64,000 bases of DNA from Eukaryota sp. GEM-RC1 (taxonomy: Eukaryota). Made by a program: the position numbers and the translations under genes. The notes beneath the pieces were generated by a model, which made no database searches, had not been told where the DNA came from, and saw only the letters and a program-made list of their open reading frames with translations. Where the stretch lies: the NCBI GenBank assembly GCA_040285855.1, contig JAUFOQ010000018.1:124001-188000 (forward strand), written 5' to 3'. Below, one piece after another: positions 62,614-64,000 of the stretch. Within the stretch, counting starts at the first letter, position 1; the number at the start of each line of letters is the position of its first letter.

Positions 62614-64000
62614 TTAATAATATGAAGTATCGATTCTAGTTTCATCACGAAACAATGCTGAAGGACGTTTGTCTAAATGAGGGAAACTCTTTAATATTGG
62701 ATAATTCTTGACACTTGAAATGAAAGAAAGGTTAAGATCTTCTAGTAGAGGAAAAGGACTCAAATAACTACAATCAACATCGCTTATTCTACTTAGATTG
62801 AGCTTCTTTAAACAAGAATATGATTGAAAGGGGATCAACAAATCCATGTGTGTTCCATGAAGGTCTAACTCCAGGTATTTCCCGTTCCACTTAACACGCC
62901 GTGTAGAAAATGAACAAACATCAGCTTTAAGAAGCTCCAAACCAAGTTCTAAGTCATTTGATGCTGACCCGAAGGTAGCTTTTGAACAATCAAACACTTT
63001 GATATCACGAGTAACTAGACTGTCAATCAGATTTGATGGAATTCCTGCTTCAAAACGTCCTGCAAACCCAAGAAATCCACTGTTAACATTCAATTGGTAA
63101 TTACCTAGATTAAGATTAATACCTTTGATGTATCTCAATTCATCATACACAACTAGAAAAGCATCATAGCTAAACCTTGAGTCAAGAAATTCTACTAAAA
63201 CAATATGGTTTTGTTCTTTCAGCAAGCTAAAGAAATATTCTAAAGTATTAGTTTCAAGTAAATTACATTTGAAAAACGTGATTGTTGTGATAATGGTGTT
63301 AGACACGTCACAAAGGTCTAACAATTGTTGTAATGATTTCACATGTTCTAATACAACAGTATAACCGGTAACATCAATCACATTTGATGGATGAGAAGTT
63401 AAAATCTTGACTTTTCTTGCCTTTTGTTGATTGCAAACGTCAGCAATTGCCAGTCGTCCCATTAGAGAATAGTCATTGCCAATTAAATTGAGCCACATTA
63501 ATGATCTGTTTTGACTCAAGAGATTAGCAAACACCTCAACGCCGTTGTCATCTAGTTTGCATTGAGAAAGATTTAAAGAGACAATGGAAGATCTTTCAGA
63601 AATAACAGAAGCGATGTGATTGTAATCAAAATCATCAAGATAATTAGATGATAGGTCTAACTCTAAAAGTTTAGGACAATTAGGTAAAACTGTGTTACAG
63701 AGAAAGTCCCGGATATAATGTAATCCGCATCGTTCCAAACTCAAATATTTTAAATTAGTTGGTGGTACGTGTAGAGGTATTTGGAAAGTTTCTTCAAAGC
63801 AAACCTGACGATTGTAATTAGCAAAGTGAAGATCCTTGTATGAGCCCAGAAAATAAGTACTATTCATATTCAATCGTAAACGTTCCAATGATTGAGAAGA
63901 GATCAATCCTGTAAGAAGATTAAGAAGGTTCGTTGGGGTCCCATCAAACGTAGAAAAATCAAGATCAAGACTTCTCAAAACAGGGTTCGAACTGATAGCA
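62614..64000 (-). CDS. RNI-like leucine-rich repeat protein (5' part outside the window)
   Basis: LKYLSLERCGL, LLELDLSSNYL, IVSLNLSQCKLDDNGVEVFANLL, LKKLNLS, LEDLNLS. Confidence 0.85.
   Translation of the reverse strand, partial: AISSNPVLRSLDLDFSTFDGTPTNLLNLLTGLISSQSLERLRLNMNSTYFLGSYKDLHFANYNRQVCFEETFQIPLHVPPTNLKYLSLERCGLHYIRDFLCNTVLPNCPKLLELDLSSNYLDDFDYNHIASVISERSSIVSLNLSQCKLDDNGVEVFANLLSQNRSLMWLNLIGNDYSLMGRLAIADVCNQQKARKVKILTSHPSNVIDVTGYTVVLEHVKSLQQLLDLCDVSNTIITTITFFKCNLLETNTLEYFFSLLKEQNHIVLVEFLDSRFSYDAFLVVYDELRYIKGINLNLGNYQLNVNSGFLGFAGRFEAGIPSNLIDSLVTRDIKVFDCSKATFGSASNDLELGLELLKADVCSFSTRRVKWNGKYLELDLHGTHMDLLIPFQSYSCLKKLNLSRISDVDCSYLSPFPLLEDLNLSFISSVKNYPILKSFPHLDKRPSALFRDETRIDTSYY

Noticed and set aside
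1..64000. tRNA, rRNA or snRNA genes
   Set aside because: None recognised by eye. tRNAscan-SE and Infernal would be needed to exclude them.

Overview
AT-rich eukaryotic DNA, most likely from a microbial eukaryote and possibly an anaerobe (inferred from a methionine gamma-lyase and 31-35 nt spliceosomal introns). It uses the standard genetic code. Many genes are broken by 1-bp indels in homopolymer runs, consistent with unpolished long-read sequence. Bases 1-35.5 kb are repeat-rich: remnants of CRE-like (RLE-type) non-LTR elements, four hAT-type non-autonomous elements, and MULE, RecD-like and DEAH helicase fragments. This block also holds CSL4, an LRR gene and a cluster of RING-finger/protein-kinase genes. 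A 6.5-kb segment (14486-21006) is duplicated almost perfectly at 25911-32412. The two resulting RING-kinase genes are near-identical up to their last ~120 codons, then end in colinear C-terminal domains only ~50% identical, with blocks of complete divergence. The second copy landed inside a RING-pseudokinase paralog. Bases 36-49.6 kb are a compact housekeeping block (MON2-like, RPL35, TM2-domain, multi-cold-shock-domain, DHHC, SEC11, MGL). Bases 50.4-57.2 kb are a complete Ty3/Gypsy element with identical 88-bp LTRs, a 4-bp TSD and an ORF that fills the whole interior. A large hypothetical gene and a partial LRR gene end the window.
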